Shown in pieces: positions 8,343 through 19,500 of a stretch of 64,000 bases of DNA. The translations under genes were made by a program, and so were the position numbers. Below the pieces are notes generated by a model. The model saw only the letters and a program-made list of their open reading frames with translations, searched no databases and had not been told where the DNA came from. Source of the stretch: a virus; the IMG/VR virus record IMGVR_UViG_3300036715_000213, positions 11,997 to 75,996 of that record; one strand, written 5' to 3'. The first letter of the stretch is position 1. Each line of letters begins with the position of its first letter.

Positions 8343-8921
8343 TTACTTGGTAGACTTTGGTTTACGGTCATCAGCTGAGTTACGGCGCCCTGCGCGGGGA
8401 TCGTATGCAGAATCCTTAGGAGCATCCGGCACTGTCTTTGCAGAGAGTACATTACCATCCTTATCCTTCTTTACTGAACCAGGAACAACGGCTTCTTCAA
8501 CGGCTTCTTCTTGTACGCTGAACAAGTTAGATGCAATTTCAATACGGTGATTGTCAATAGCTACAGATAACTTATTAGACATGATTTCGTTAAACGAAGC
8601 GTCAATATCAAGTGTCTTACCAGCAGAGATTGCATCAATGAGTTCTCTAACTTCTTCTGTCAAAGTAAACTCTTCTTTAATGATGGAGTGTGTATCTGCT
8701 CCACCCATCTTTGCTCGAGCGCGAACTGCGTCAGGGGCATTAGCGTGAGTAGACATGATCTTACCAGTAGTCTTGTTCTTTACGTGGTACTTGGACTTCT
8801 TTGCGACTATAGGAGCATTTGAGTGTTGTGATACAAACTCACGCTCCGCTGCGTACCCCATTGCTGCAGCACTAGCTTCGTTGATTTCCTCTTCAGTTAG
8901 TTCGATTAAATTCTTTGCCAT
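8343..8921 (-). CDS. Prohead core protein (gp67/gp68 position)
   Basis: Follows portal; many L/I-x-E protease-like sites; ELIDAI...F segment. Confidence 0.6.
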   Translation of the reverse strand: MAKNLIELTEEEINEASAAAMGYAAEREFVSQHSNAPIVAKKSKYHVKNKTTGKIMSTHANAPDAVRARAKMGGADTHSIIKEEFTLTEEVRELIDAISAGKTLDIDASFNEIMSNKLSVAIDNHRIEIASNLFSVQEEAVEEAVVPGSVKKDKDGNVLSAKTVPDAPKDSAYDPRAGRRNSADDRKPKSTK

Positions 8922-8922
8922 T

Positions 8923-10641
8923 TTATTTTCCTGCCTTAGGTTTAGTTGGTGTTGGCTTCTTCATCTTATTTATACGTTCGCCATGCACTTCATCATTCTG
9001 GTCAAGCTTCTGTTGGTGCAACTCATCGCTTTGTTGCATCTCTTGGTCTTGGGCTTCTTGATCTTGTGCCATTTGATCTTGTTGCATTTGCAGCGCATCA
9101 ACTGGATTACCATCAGCGTCAACTGTTGGTGTACCTGGAATAACTGGGTTAGCAGCAATACCTTCTTCAGCGATTTCCTCGGCAATTTCATCAATCTCTT
9201 CTTCGGTCATATTAAGGACATTACGTTGAATCCATGCCTTCGAGAAATACTTACCGGAGTACTGATCAACTTGTGCCAAAGCCCCGATCTTATTCTGTAG
9301 GATTTCCAAGTTCTTCAGTTCAGCAAAGTGATTGTCTTGGATAAAGTCGTAGCGGAGTTTTAACTTGATAGAATCCCAGTCTTGGAGACTAATAATGCCC
9401 TTTGCTACTAACTGTACCTTCAACAAATCGGTGAACAAGCTAGAGAACTTCATACGAAGCTTTCCAATAAACTTGCTAAACTTCAACTCGTCGCGAGTGA
9501 TAGTCTGAGACTGTCCGAGTGTAAATCCGGATTCTTCTTTAGTGCGACTGTTTGGGACGTTCAACGATTGTTGAAGTTTCTTCTTGAAATACTCCAAGTC
9601 GTCAAGCTGGCTCATGTTTTGAGCGCCAGCTAATGTAGTAATTTCCGTACCCTTACCGCCTTCGCGACGTGGCATCCAGAAGTCTTCCATCATGGACATA
9701 TGACGTTTGCTGTCCGCAACTTCACCAGTGTGAGCATCATAAACAAGTTTGTTCTTAAACTTGTTCATCATGTCAGTAACGTATTGCTCAGCTTTGTGCT
9801 TTGGCAAGTTACCAACGTCAATGTAGAAAATACGACGTTCCGGGGCGCGAGTTAAACGATAGATAACTACCGCGTCCTCGATCATCCGGAGTTGGTTAGC
9901 TGGCTTGACCGCTTTGTCTAGGTGACCAACAACCATACCGTTATTGCCGTCAATGTTACCAGATGTACAGAGAACAACTGAATCCAAGGACATTTTAATA
10001 CCTTGGATGTTTTGCTCTGTAATGCCCTTTTCATTGTAGATGTAATACTCGTCAATGGAGATAACAATGTCCAGACCTTGCTGGTTCTTACCTTTGTTGA
10101 TTTGTTTTACACGTTTAATCTTACGTGGATCAATTAGACGAATTTCAGCGATACCTTCTTTTGTATTCTCTTTCTCAAACAAGATGTGAGCATACAAACG
10201 TCCGTCAACATACCATTGACGGAAGATGTCGTGACCCTTTTCGTTAAAGTCCAATACATTAAGCAGATTTTGAAATTCCTCTTGGAACTTCTTCTTGATG
10301 CCTGAAGGCGCTTGTAGTAGATCCAGTTGTAATTTAACTGGAAAGTCTTCTTGGTCAGTAACGATTGCTTCGTTAACGATATCCTCAATAGCCGAGTCAA
10401 CCTCTTGAAATTTCGCAACGTTGCGATAGCGAGAGATTAACTCGTTTTCAGTCTTGACTTGGCCTTCAATATCAAACGTTAAACCATAATGTTGACCCAT
10501 ACTGCCCGTAGCAGTATCGACAACAATTGCGCCATTATCGCTCTGGGGAGCAATTATTGACGGTATTTGTTCTTGGTCACTAGTCTTTCGTTTAAACTGA
10601 AAGCCAAACAATTGTTGTAATAATGAATTAGCTGTTGACAT
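8923..10641 (-). CDS. gp20: Portal vertex protein
   Basis: WYVDGRLY, EDAVVIYRLTRAPERRIFYIDVGNLP, EDFWMPRREGGKGTEITTL. Confidence 0.97.
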   Translation of the reverse strand: MSTANSLLQQLFGFQFKRKTSDQEQIPSIIAPQSDNGAIVVDTATGSMGQHYGLTFDIEGQVKTENELISRYRNVAKFQEVDSAIEDIVNEAIVTDQEDFPVKLQLDLLQAPSGIKKKFQEEFQNLLNVLDFNEKGHDIFRQWYVDGRLYAHILFEKENTKEGIAEIRLIDPRKIKRVKQINKGKNQQGLDIVISIDEYYIYNEKGITEQNIQGIKMSLDSVVLCTSGNIDGNNGMVVGHLDKAVKPANQLRMIEDAVVIYRLTRAPERRIFYIDVGNLPKHKAEQYVTDMMNKFKNKLVYDAHTGEVADSKRHMSMMEDFWMPRREGGKGTEITTLAGAQNMSQLDDLEYFKKKLQQSLNVPNSRTKEESGFTLGQSQTITRDELKFSKFIGKLRMKFSSLFTDLLKVQLVAKGIISLQDWDSIKLKLRYDFIQDNHFAELKNLEILQNKIGALAQVDQYSGKYFSKAWIQRNVLNMTEEEIDEIAEEIAEEGIAANPVIPGTPTVDADGNPVDALQMQQDQMAQDQEAQDQEMQQSDELHQQKLDQNDEVHGERINKMKKPTPTKPKAGK

Positions 10642-10648
10642 TTAAGCC

Positions 10649-11194
10649 TTAAGCGATTTGAGCGCCTGCGGCACCTTCTGATAAGAAATAGTTGTAGTCA
10701 AACGTTACAGAGAAAGTACCGATCTGATTGTTTGTCTCCCAATCCAATGCAATGTTACCAACTTCAGTTGGGAATGCATCAATAAATGTATAAGTCTTAA
10801 CAACACGGTCGTTACGGTCCAGCGCGCTAACTTGCAAATCTGCTTGATATACTGAAGGAAGCAAAGCACCACCAGTTGTAGCAGCATTTTGCATTGTGTC
10901 GATCCATGCTTCAAAAGCATTACGAACCACAAAGTCAGTGTCAGTGTAAACTTCGATTGTCCATGGTTGGAATTCACGTTCACCAGCAAACTTGACTGGA
11001 CGTCCACGAAACGCAACTTGAATTGGAGATAAGCTGGAAGCTGGTAGAGAAGAAGACTTAGCTAAGAACTGAGTCTTTTGTCCAGCAAGCGCCCCACCCG
11101 GGATTGCACTTGGGAATACGATTGAGCATTGGAACTGATTTGGGCGGAATCCACCAGAAATCATTTGTGCTTTGAAATCACTAATACTTGACAT
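10649..11194 (-). CDS. gp19: Tail tube protein
   Basis: RPNQF, FRGRPVKFAGEREFQPWT, DAFPT. Confidence 0.95.
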   Translation of the reverse strand: MSSISDFKAQMISGGFRPNQFQCSIVFPSAIPGGALAGQKTQFLAKSSSLPASSLSPIQVAFRGRPVKFAGEREFQPWTIEVYTDTDFVVRNAFEAWIDTMQNAATTGGALLPSVYQADLQVSALDRNDRVVKTYTFIDAFPTEVGNIALDWETNNQIGTFSVTFDYNYFLSEGAAGAQIA

Positions 11195-11246
11195 TTTTAT
11201 TATCCTTATTGGTTGAATTATTTATGAGGCATCTCAGCCCCATTAA

Positions 11247-13415
11247 TTATGCGTTTGCTTTACCCGCAATTTCAGTAAAAGCTACACCAGTACGAGTAGC
11301 GATGAAATTCAACTGAATAAAGTTGATCGAACGGTTTGGCTTTAAGTAAATATCAGCTACAAAACGGTTTGTATCAATAACTTCACCGGTGTTGTTTGAT
11401 TCGTCGCAAACAACCAAGAAGTCTGTCAAACCACGACGTCCACGTACATCACGCAAAAACGGTGTTACCATACCTACGAACTGTGCACGTGTAAATCCAT
11501 CGTTAAACTCAAACAATTGGAACTTGGATGCAGTAGCGATTGCCTTTTCCAGCACAATAAACAAACGGCGTACATTAATACGATCGAATGCACTTGGCTT
11601 AGCCAAGGCTGTCTTGTCACCGTACAGAACAACACCTTGTCCTGGGAATGCTACAACAGGGTTAATACCGCTCTTGTACAGGTTATCACGGTCAGTACGC
11701 TTTGGAGAGAAAGCCAACTTAACAGTGTTCTTAATCTGACCGCGGTTGAAACCAGCTGGAGAGAACCAAGGATCATCAGTGTTGTCAGTACGAGCGCACA
11801 AACCAGCAACATCACCATTTAATGGAACCCAACGGTATTGGTCATTATACTTGTCGTATTGGTATTTGTAACCGCTATCAATAACACCGTATGAACTAGA
11901 TGTAATCAGTGCGCGATATGCAAGGATTGCAGTAGTAATGCTGCTATCGTTACCAATCAGTGGAGCTCCTGATGTAATGTTCTGTGGAGACACAAAAGCG
12001 ATACAGTCCTTACGAACTTCTGCAATGTTCTGGATAACATAGTTAGCCAAAGTTGCATCTGCTGGACCAACAGCAATCAGGTTAACGTCATACTGCTCGT
12101 CATTGTTGAACAAGTCAAATGCCAGCATCTTTTGTGCGTTAGTTGATGTGAAGTGGTCAACACCAGCAACCAAATCGTTCGTAACTGCGCCAGCAGCCTT
12201 GAAACCTGCGGCTGTAACTGCTACGGCTGCATTAGCTGCCAAAGTAACCGCAGTTGCGCTTGTGAATGTCGCCACAGTACCAATCAAGGCACCTGTAAGA
12301 TTGTACAGCTTACGACCTACATCAGATGATGCGAATGCTGTACCAACACCAGTAATAGTTGCTGCACTAGTTGTGCAAGTAATTGTACCAGTTTGTGCGG
12401 TAATCAGCGACTTGTATGTACCAGCAACAAGGTCAGTACTCCAACTCAATTCGCCAACTACAGCAGTCAATTGAACTGTATCATCAGTCCACAAAACATA
12501 CTTGGAATTGTTGTTAATCACGTTTTTGTAGTAAGCCGATGTACCGTCTTCCTTACGTGTATTAGCCGCCTTGGAAATATATGGGTAAATTTCCAGAATA
12601 CCACCAGCGGTACCAGTCCAGCGACCAGCTTGGTCAATAACTACAACGTGCATTTCGTCGTTAGATGCGCCAACTTGTGCTGCGTCCGTAGATGTACCAG
12701 GAGCACCGCTAAACAGATCTTTGTAGGCCCATGTAGCGTAAGAACTTGCGTCTGCCATCGAAACACGTAGCGAGTTACCAAGAGTACCTGGATACTTTGC
12801 AGCCCACTCACCAATAACGCCTTGACCACTGCTATAATTATTCGCATAATCAGAGTCGTTGTTAATCTTAATACCGCCTTGAGCGGTTACAACAGTACCG
12901 ATAACGGCAGGAGTTGTGTTTGTACCAGAAACAGTAACTACTGGAACTGTATCGTAACCAGTACCAGCGTTAGTGATAACGATACCAGTAATAATACCGC
13001 TAGCAACAGTAGCAGTAGCAGTAGCTTGAATACCACCGGTAGTTGTTGGGGCTGGAATATTAACTGTTACAGTACCAACGTAAACTGTACCACCGGAAGT
13101 TACTGGAATAGATGTGATAGAACCAGTAGTGTTGGAAACTGCATTACGCTGGTTAGTAGTATCGCTACGAACAACCAACAGGTTATTAGAATAAGCTAGA
13201 AAGTTTGCTGCATTAATCCATCCAGCTGCATTAGATGCGTTTGGCTTACCAAAACGGCTTGCGAGTGTATTTTCCGACTCAACTGTGGTAACGTCCATAA
13301 CTGGACCCCATGCTGCATCAATAACGGCGGCACCCACCGATGTTGAAACTGCTGGGATTACGTTGGTTAGGTCCTTTTCAGATACTGTAACTGATGGAGA
13401 AAGTGCGATTGCCAT
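11247..13415 (-). CDS. gp18: Contractile tail sheath protein
   Basis: SPSVTVSEKD, YPGTLGN, PWFSPAG, AFDRINVRRLF. Confidence 0.97.
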   Translation of the reverse strand: MAIALSPSVTVSEKDLTNVIPAVSTSVGAAVIDAAWGPVMDVTTVESENTLASRFGKPNASNAAGWINAANFLAYSNNLLVVRSDTTNQRNAVSNTTGSITSIPVTSGGTVYVGTVTVNIPAPTTTGGIQATATATVASGIITGIVITNAGTGYDTVPVVTVSGTNTTPAVIGTVVTAQGGIKINNDSDYANNYSSGQGVIGEWAAKYPGTLGNSLRVSMADASSYATWAYKDLFSGAPGTSTDAAQVGASNDEMHVVVIDQAGRWTGTAGGILEIYPYISKAANTRKEDGTSAYYKNVINNNSKYVLWTDDTVQLTAVVGELSWSTDLVAGTYKSLITAQTGTITCTTSAATITGVGTAFASSDVGRKLYNLTGALIGTVATFTSATAVTLAANAAVAVTAAGFKAAGAVTNDLVAGVDHFTSTNAQKMLAFDLFNNDEQYDVNLIAVGPADATLANYVIQNIAEVRKDCIAFVSPQNITSGAPLIGNDSSITTAILAYRALITSSSYGVIDSGYKYQYDKYNDQYRWVPLNGDVAGLCARTDNTDDPWFSPAGFNRGQIKNTVKLAFSPKRTDRDNLYKSGINPVVAFPGQGVVLYGDKTALAKPSAFDRINVRRLFIVLEKAIATASKFQLFEFNDGFTRAQFVGMVTPFLRDVRGRRGLTDFLVVCDESNNTGEVIDTNRFVADIYLKPNRSINFIQLNFIATRTGVAFTEIAGKANA

Positions 13416-13477
13416 TGATGTTCCTTATTATGAAATTATTATTTGGTGTCACTGATGTATTTAGTGAAATTATAGTT

Positions 13478-15088
13478 TTAGAAGTTTAGTAGTTCATCCG
13501 CTTCACGCTCTGTTCCATCCGAGAACCATCCAGTTGGGAGTTGTTCTAATTCAATAGATTCCATGCGACTCGCATATATTTCCTTACGCAAGTCAATGTC
13601 AATCAAGTCCTTAAAGTAAGCCTGAGTAGTTAACCATCCAAACAATACAAGGGTCATAGCTAAATCGTCGTGATATCCTTCGTCAGCAGCATAGCTGTCT
13701 TTTACTTGGATAAACGTTGAAAGCTCGGAAATCATGTCGTTATCATGAATTTCCAGTTTGTTTTCTTCAATAATCGCTTTAATATTGGAGCATCCAATAC
13801 GTTTTGTACGTTTATCCGTATTTACGCCTAATTGTAACGATTGTTGACTAAAGCCAGCAGTAATAGCCTGACCCTTGCTTCCGCGAGTAACAAAGAGGAT
13901 GTTTTCGTATTCAAGTTCGTGATACATGATATGCGGGACTTGCTCAGTCGCATTAATTTCAAACAACAGATACGCATTGTTGTAATCGCGGGCGACCTTG
14001 TGAATGATATTTGGGAATAGCATTGGGGAAACTTTATTGTTTCGATACTTACCAACTAAGCGATATGGTATCACGGATGCGTCAATAATTGAGAACGTCG
14101 AGTAGTCTCCTCCCACACCCTTTGCTGTATCAATGGTCATAACATAAGAATGGTCCTTTGTCCCTAGTTCCTTGTTACCCTTAATTGGCTTTTCGTAAAT
14201 GTCCAATCCATCCTTGCTGAAGATAATCGGCTTTCCAAACATCTTCGCGATTGTGTCCGCAGCGATAAGAGTTGCGCTTGAACCCAAGAATGAGCACAAA
14301 ACCTCTTGGTTAAACTTGAGTTCACCCAATAATGACTTCTGTTTGTTTGCCCATACGTCATCGCGATCAGGGTGTTCGCTGTAATGTACATCAACTGGCT
14401 TGAATTCGTTTACGCCAGTAAGAGCTTCATTCCAGAACTTCCAGAAGTGATTGTAACCCAAAGGAGTCGATGTGAGTACAATCTTAGTTGTCTTACCTGC
14501 AGAAATTGTTGGATATGTGGAAGTAAAGAACTCTTCTGCTACGTTGTTTGGGATAATCGCTGCTTCGTCAACGTACAAGAAGTTAACCGATTTACCACGA
14601 ATACCGCTAGAGCTAGTTGCACCAGTGAAAACTTTGGAACCGTTCTCCAGTTTAATGTCACCCTTGTTCCATGTCTTTACACCTTGTTGCAAAAAGAATG
14701 GAACGTACTCGTACATCAATTGGAAACGACTCATAATTTCACGAGCTGCTGCTCCCTTGTTAGCTAGAATAGCAACAGTCTTGGATGCATTAAACAAACA
14801 ATACCAAAGGATGTAAGCCGCTACTGTCTGGGTCTTTCCCATCTGACGCGGCATCTTCGCGATAACACGACGCTCATCTTCCAGCGAACGGATAAAGCGA
14901 ACTTGATATCCGTACAGTTCAAATGGAACTAAACCATGATCTAGAGAAACAATCTTACAATGCTTTGTGATAAAGTAGACAGGATCTTGTTTACACTTGA
15001 CGTATTCGTTCAGCTCTTCCTCAGTGTATCCAATTGGATTACCGACACCTTTTAACTGGGGATTCCCTAGGTAATAAACATGAGACAT
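13478..15088 (-). CDS. gp17: Terminase large subunit
   Basis: PRQMGKT (Walker A), YVDE, STPLGYNHF, HDDLAM. Confidence 0.97.
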   Translation of the reverse strand: MSHVYYLGNPQLKGVGNPIGYTEEELNEYVKCKQDPVYFITKHCKIVSLDHGLVPFELYGYQVRFIRSLEDERRVIAKMPRQMGKTQTVAAYILWYCLFNASKTVAILANKGAAAREIMSRFQLMYEYVPFFLQQGVKTWNKGDIKLENGSKVFTGATSSSGIRGKSVNFLYVDEAAIIPNNVAEEFFTSTYPTISAGKTTKIVLTSTPLGYNHFWKFWNEALTGVNEFKPVDVHYSEHPDRDDVWANKQKSLLGELKFNQEVLCSFLGSSATLIAADTIAKMFGKPIIFSKDGLDIYEKPIKGNKELGTKDHSYVMTIDTAKGVGGDYSTFSIIDASVIPYRLVGKYRNNKVSPMLFPNIIHKVARDYNNAYLLFEINATEQVPHIMYHELEYENILFVTRGSKGQAITAGFSQQSLQLGVNTDKRTKRIGCSNIKAIIEENKLEIHDNDMISELSTFIQVKDSYAADEGYHDDLAMTLVLFGWLTTQAYFKDLIDIDLRKEIYASRMESIELEQLPTGWFSDGTEREADELLNF

Positions 15089-15112
15089 TAAACATAATCC
15101 TTGTTAGTAAAT

Positions 15113-15838
15113 TCATGGAGTCCAGGTGTCAATTGTGATATTGCCAGTAGTTTGATTACCAACAGCGTGATATTTCAGTTCGCCTTGCCCCAGAGTCTTA
15201 GTATCAACATCAGCCTGCACATCAGTAATTATCTTACCAGTTTTGACTGGTCCGTATAGATTAATCTTAGCAGTGAAGTTGTAGGTATGTGTTACAAAAC
15301 GACGTGTCTGGAAGTCACCTTCGTAGTCATCTTGTACAGTAACACCGTTCAGGATGATTGGGACGTCCTGTTTGATGTTCATTTCCGGAATCGCATTGAG
15401 ATTCAGATTGTACTCGGGAGCAAACAGTGGAAGGATCTGTTCCAGAATAGCTAGTCCATCTTCAGTACCCTTTGTCTGGGTATAGAGTTGAATGTCCAAA
15501 TTGTAAGGAACTGGTGCGTATGTTGACGTTAGAGTTCCGTCATTGGCAAAGCACTTGATAATGTTGTTACGGTTTACCATGCGTTGCGGATCATAGTTGT
15601 ATCCAGTAATCTCAAATCCCATGCGTGGGAGTGTAGTGTAGACTTCGTTAGTCAGCTCCGGATCTTGATCAACACGGACATGCCATTTTTCTTTAGGTGC
15701 GTAAGCTAAAGGTACTTTTACTAGCTGCGCAGTCGCTCCAGTAGAGTCAGCACGAATAATTTGAATGTTACTGAATAGTGTTCCAAAGCCGATGATCGTC
15801 TTTTTAATCAACCCATTATAAAATGGTACCTCAAACAT
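15113..15838 (-). CDS. gp15: Tail sheath stabiliser/completion protein
   Basis: FGTLFSNI, VPLAYAPKEK, LPRMGFEI, ILEQILPLF. Confidence 0.95.
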   Translation of the reverse strand: MFEVPFYNGLIKKTIIGFGTLFSNIQIIRADSTGATAQLVKVPLAYAPKEKWHVRVDQDPELTNEVYTTLPRMGFEITGYNYDPQRMVNRNNIIKCFANDGTLTSTYAPVPYNLDIQLYTQTKGTEDGLAILEQILPLFAPEYNLNLNAIPEMNIKQDVPIILNGVTVQDDYEGDFQTRRFVTHTYNFTAKINLYGPVKTGKIITDVQADVDTKTLGQGELKYHAVGNQTTGNITIDTWTP

Positions 15839-15905
15839 ATTTCGTACCTACTTTTTTACAATTATCAAAATGAAACCTTTTCATATTACCGCCTTTCCTT
15901 TTTAA
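15831..15905 (-). pseudogene. Remnant of a homing-endonuclease C-terminus
   Basis: Intergenic DNA translates KRKGGNMKRFHFDNCKKVGTKYV*, with the stop overlapping the gp15 start. Confidence 0.6.
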
Positions 15906-15909
15906 GAGT

Positions 15910-16563
15910 TCAGAGATTACCAAAAGGATTACCCGGGTTGAAGAAGTGATCAGATTTCTTAGCTTTAAACTTCTCATTATCGCCAAAACTGTTTGCAGTA
16001 TCGGCACTTGGGTTAATAACTGGATCGTGGCTCTTTAGTGATTCAAACACGTCAATATCCGATACGCCAGTATTAATCATTTCTGACGAGTAGCGGAATG
16101 TTTCTACGTTCAATTGATACACGTATAGTTGACCTGCTTGATAGAATGGAGTTTGATGCTGTACAAAAGTAACCTCAAACAATCCACCAGTCATTGGAAA
16201 GTAAATCAAGTCACCCTCAGATGGACGATTTGGTAGCTGCCCGTCATTGTATTGTCCACATAGTTTTGACCATTCGCGACGGGCGACTGTTAGGGTTGCT
16301 GACTGTTCCATCTGCAGACCGAATTTGGATGCGAACGCTTGCTGTCCTTCAAATCCACCATCACTATTTTCCATATACATTGGAATTGGATAAGCACTCT
16401 TGAATTGGCTTAGGCGATCTTCACCAAGTAATTTATCTAGAGCAACTAGCTTTCGCGGCATGTAGAAGAAGTCACATGCGTACATGCGGATCGCTTCAGT
16501 AATGAGCGATTCAATAACCAGATTTTGATTATTTGATACTGATGGGTGAAGTCTTAATGTCAT
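15910..16563 (-). CDS. gp14: Neck protein
   Basis: YMPR, LLGED, SKFGLQ, RPSEGDLIYFP, TPFYQ. Confidence 0.93.
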   Translation of the reverse strand: MTLRLHPSVSNNQNLVIESLITEAIRMYACDFFYMPRKLVALDKLLGEDRLSQFKSAYPIPMYMENSDGGFEGQQAFASKFGLQMEQSATLTVARREWSKLCGQYNDGQLPNRPSEGDLIYFPMTGGLFEVTFVQHQTPFYQAGQLYVYQLNVETFRYSSEMINTGVSDIDVFESLKSHDPVINPSADTANSFGDNEKFKAKKSDHFFNPGNPFGNL

Positions 16564-19500
16564 GTAATAGTTCCAGAACCAACAAGATCACGGTCAAAGC
16601 TGTGATCTACTACGATATTTATAAGGTAAGTACGAGTGATTGGAATGAGAGGACCACCATCGTCGTAGATGCCTTTCATCTCAAATTCGAGACGTAAAAC
16701 TTTGTTCGCCTCAATTTTGTAGATGTCGTTATCTGCTGGCACATCCTTATAGAACAATGCCTCACCGTAATTACCCTTTTGGTCCACATAGTAGAGTTTC
16801 GAGTCCTCAAAGCTACCCGGAGTGTTTAGACGGATCCAAGCACGATTGTCGCGGTGGTAAACTTCAATTACTGGGCTAGAGCAGTTAATACACTCAAAGC
16901 TCTGTATGAAGGAGAACTCACCTTCAAGCGTCAATGAGTATCCACGTGGAATTTCCACTTCGTGATGTTCGCCTAACTCAATGACATCCGGTTCAAGTGC
17001 TTTGTATAGTTTACCAGTTGAACTATTACCAACCAAGGTACGCATATAGTCTTGACGAAATCCAACATTACCAACAGAAGTATTACGTTCATTTCCAATG
17101 AGACTAAACGAGCGCACAAATTTAACGCTACCAACACTAGAAATACTCTGCACACCTAAACTGTGTTGGACGTCTGCATAATTGTTGATTAGACCGTTGA
17201 ATGTAGTTCCAACCAGCGCAACTGTTTGTGTAGCGAATACAACCCCAGTTTGTCCAGTAGAGTGGTTACCGCTTGGGTACTCTGACTTGAGTACAAAGAA
17301 GTCCATAGCGTTAATTTGACATACAGCACGCACACCATATGAGTGTGTATCAACTAATGAGTTGCTGCTTAACGTAGACTCTATACCAGTCAGCGGGCTA
17401 TATTTGTAATTGCGTACTGAGCCGATTCCAGTATTTGATTGGCTACTGTTCAATAAGGTAACACAATCTTGTGATGTAACAACACTACCAACACGACAAT
17501 CAGCCTTGACACCAATTGATTGTCGTGTGTTGATGAATCCAGGAACTATTGAGCTTTGGTTACCAGTTAGGTTGGCAAACTTCGTGCTGATCAAAATACC
17601 AGTGTAGCCCAACATTGACGAGCCAAACAATGCTAGTAGACCGTCATTTTGCAATCTAATCGTACCAACTGCTAATGTAGATGATATACCTGCGGCAAAG
17701 TTCTCAGTTACTGACGTCGTAAAAGACCCAACGTCATTTGTGTTGGATACACCAGTTAACAATGTTGTATTAGTTGGGCTAATTGTACCTGCATATAACG
17801 TAGTCAGACTACGGTAACTCTGACTATTCAACGCCTTAACTTGAGTATTAGTTGACACTAAAGATCCAATACCCGTTACTGATACATTAGCAGTCGCATA
17901 GTTTTGGGTCAATGATGTTGTAATGTTTCCAACATTTCTAGTTAATTCAACCCCAGTTAACGGTGTTAGGAACAATTGATAAAAACCGCCGGGTAAACCA
18001 ACACCCAGCACTGATGTAATTGCTCTTGTGTAATTAGAAGTGACAGTGATGTTACCAACTGTACCAACGGCTGCATTGCTAATATTAGCTTGCAATTGCA
18101 TACTGTTGATTGCAAAGAATGAACCATTACCAGTCAAGTTAACTTGCAAGCTACCAATAACATATCCAGTCGCACCGTTAAACTGATTGCCAGTAAGAGC
18201 ACGAGTTAGATCGCTTTTAGCCAATATCGTGCCACGTTGCCCAGCACTGGATACTCCAGTAACAAAATAAGAATTAGCACCGACTGTAACCGTACCAACT
18301 TGACCTGTAGAAAATACGCCAGCTGGGAATATCTCAGTACCAATATTATATGTACCTAGGTTAACTACAGTCTGAACGCCGTTTAAAGCACGATTTAATG
18401 CTTGTTGTGCTGTTAGAAAACCTGTTTGTCCGATAATTGCGCTGGGAGTCTGTTGCGTCGTAATTATACCAATCGCAGTATTCAAACTCATATTAGATAG
18501 TTGAGTTTGGTTTCCAAGAAACACACTATTAATAGATGTCTTGATATCTAAGTCAAGGTACCGTGAAACTCCGGTTGTTAGACGGAAGTCATCAATGTAC
18601 ATATTAGATGACAAACTATATGTCGGATTTCCACCAACATTTATTGCGCTTCCAGATGGTTGGAACGTTGTTGGTGCAGTAGTACCGTTAAGTACACCGT
18701 CAACATATAGACGAATGCTTTCATTATCTTGAGCTACCGCAATGTGATACCATTGATTAGTATTAATTGTAGTGGTTCCAGTAATAACGGTGGCGATTAG
18801 CGGTTTCGATATTTGAATCTTACCGCTCGCGATACCCATAGTGAATGTACCATAACCGGATCCAATCCACTGAGTATCAGTAGATGCATCAAGCAAGTAA
18901 ATCCAATAGTCAAGTGTATAGACTGATGCACTTGTAAAATCCCATGCGTTATCCGCATTTGGAATAGAAATATACGAGTAATTGGTGTTGAGCGATGTTC
19001 CACCGAACTTACTTTGTGTGGCGGAAATGATAGTGCTGTTTGGCGTTATGGTTTTGGCACTCAAACTATCATCAGTATAGTTACTATCAAAACTCAGCTG
19101 AGTGTTAACGTTTAGCCAGTATGGATCACTACCAGTACCGGAAAATAATTGTGGTTCAGTTCCGGGAACTGAAAAATCACCGCCCGTATAACGACTTACA
19201 CCAATAGTGATACGAACATCATCCATGTAGCACAACGATTGCTGGTATTGAATCAGTCCACCGAAGCTAGTGTAATATGGTTGAAGTGTAAAATCGCATG
19301 TTACTGGATTACCACTTAGTCGTAGAGTATCGGCAACAAGCTGAACACCGTTGACAAACATTCGGAATATGCCCGATGTTCTTGTTACTGCTAAGTGGTA
19401 CCAAGTGTTAGTGCTAAATGTAAACGTACATGCAACGTTTTTATCCGGTGATCGTGTAAGCTCATGGAATGACATTCCGCTACCAGTGTCAAAGTACCAA

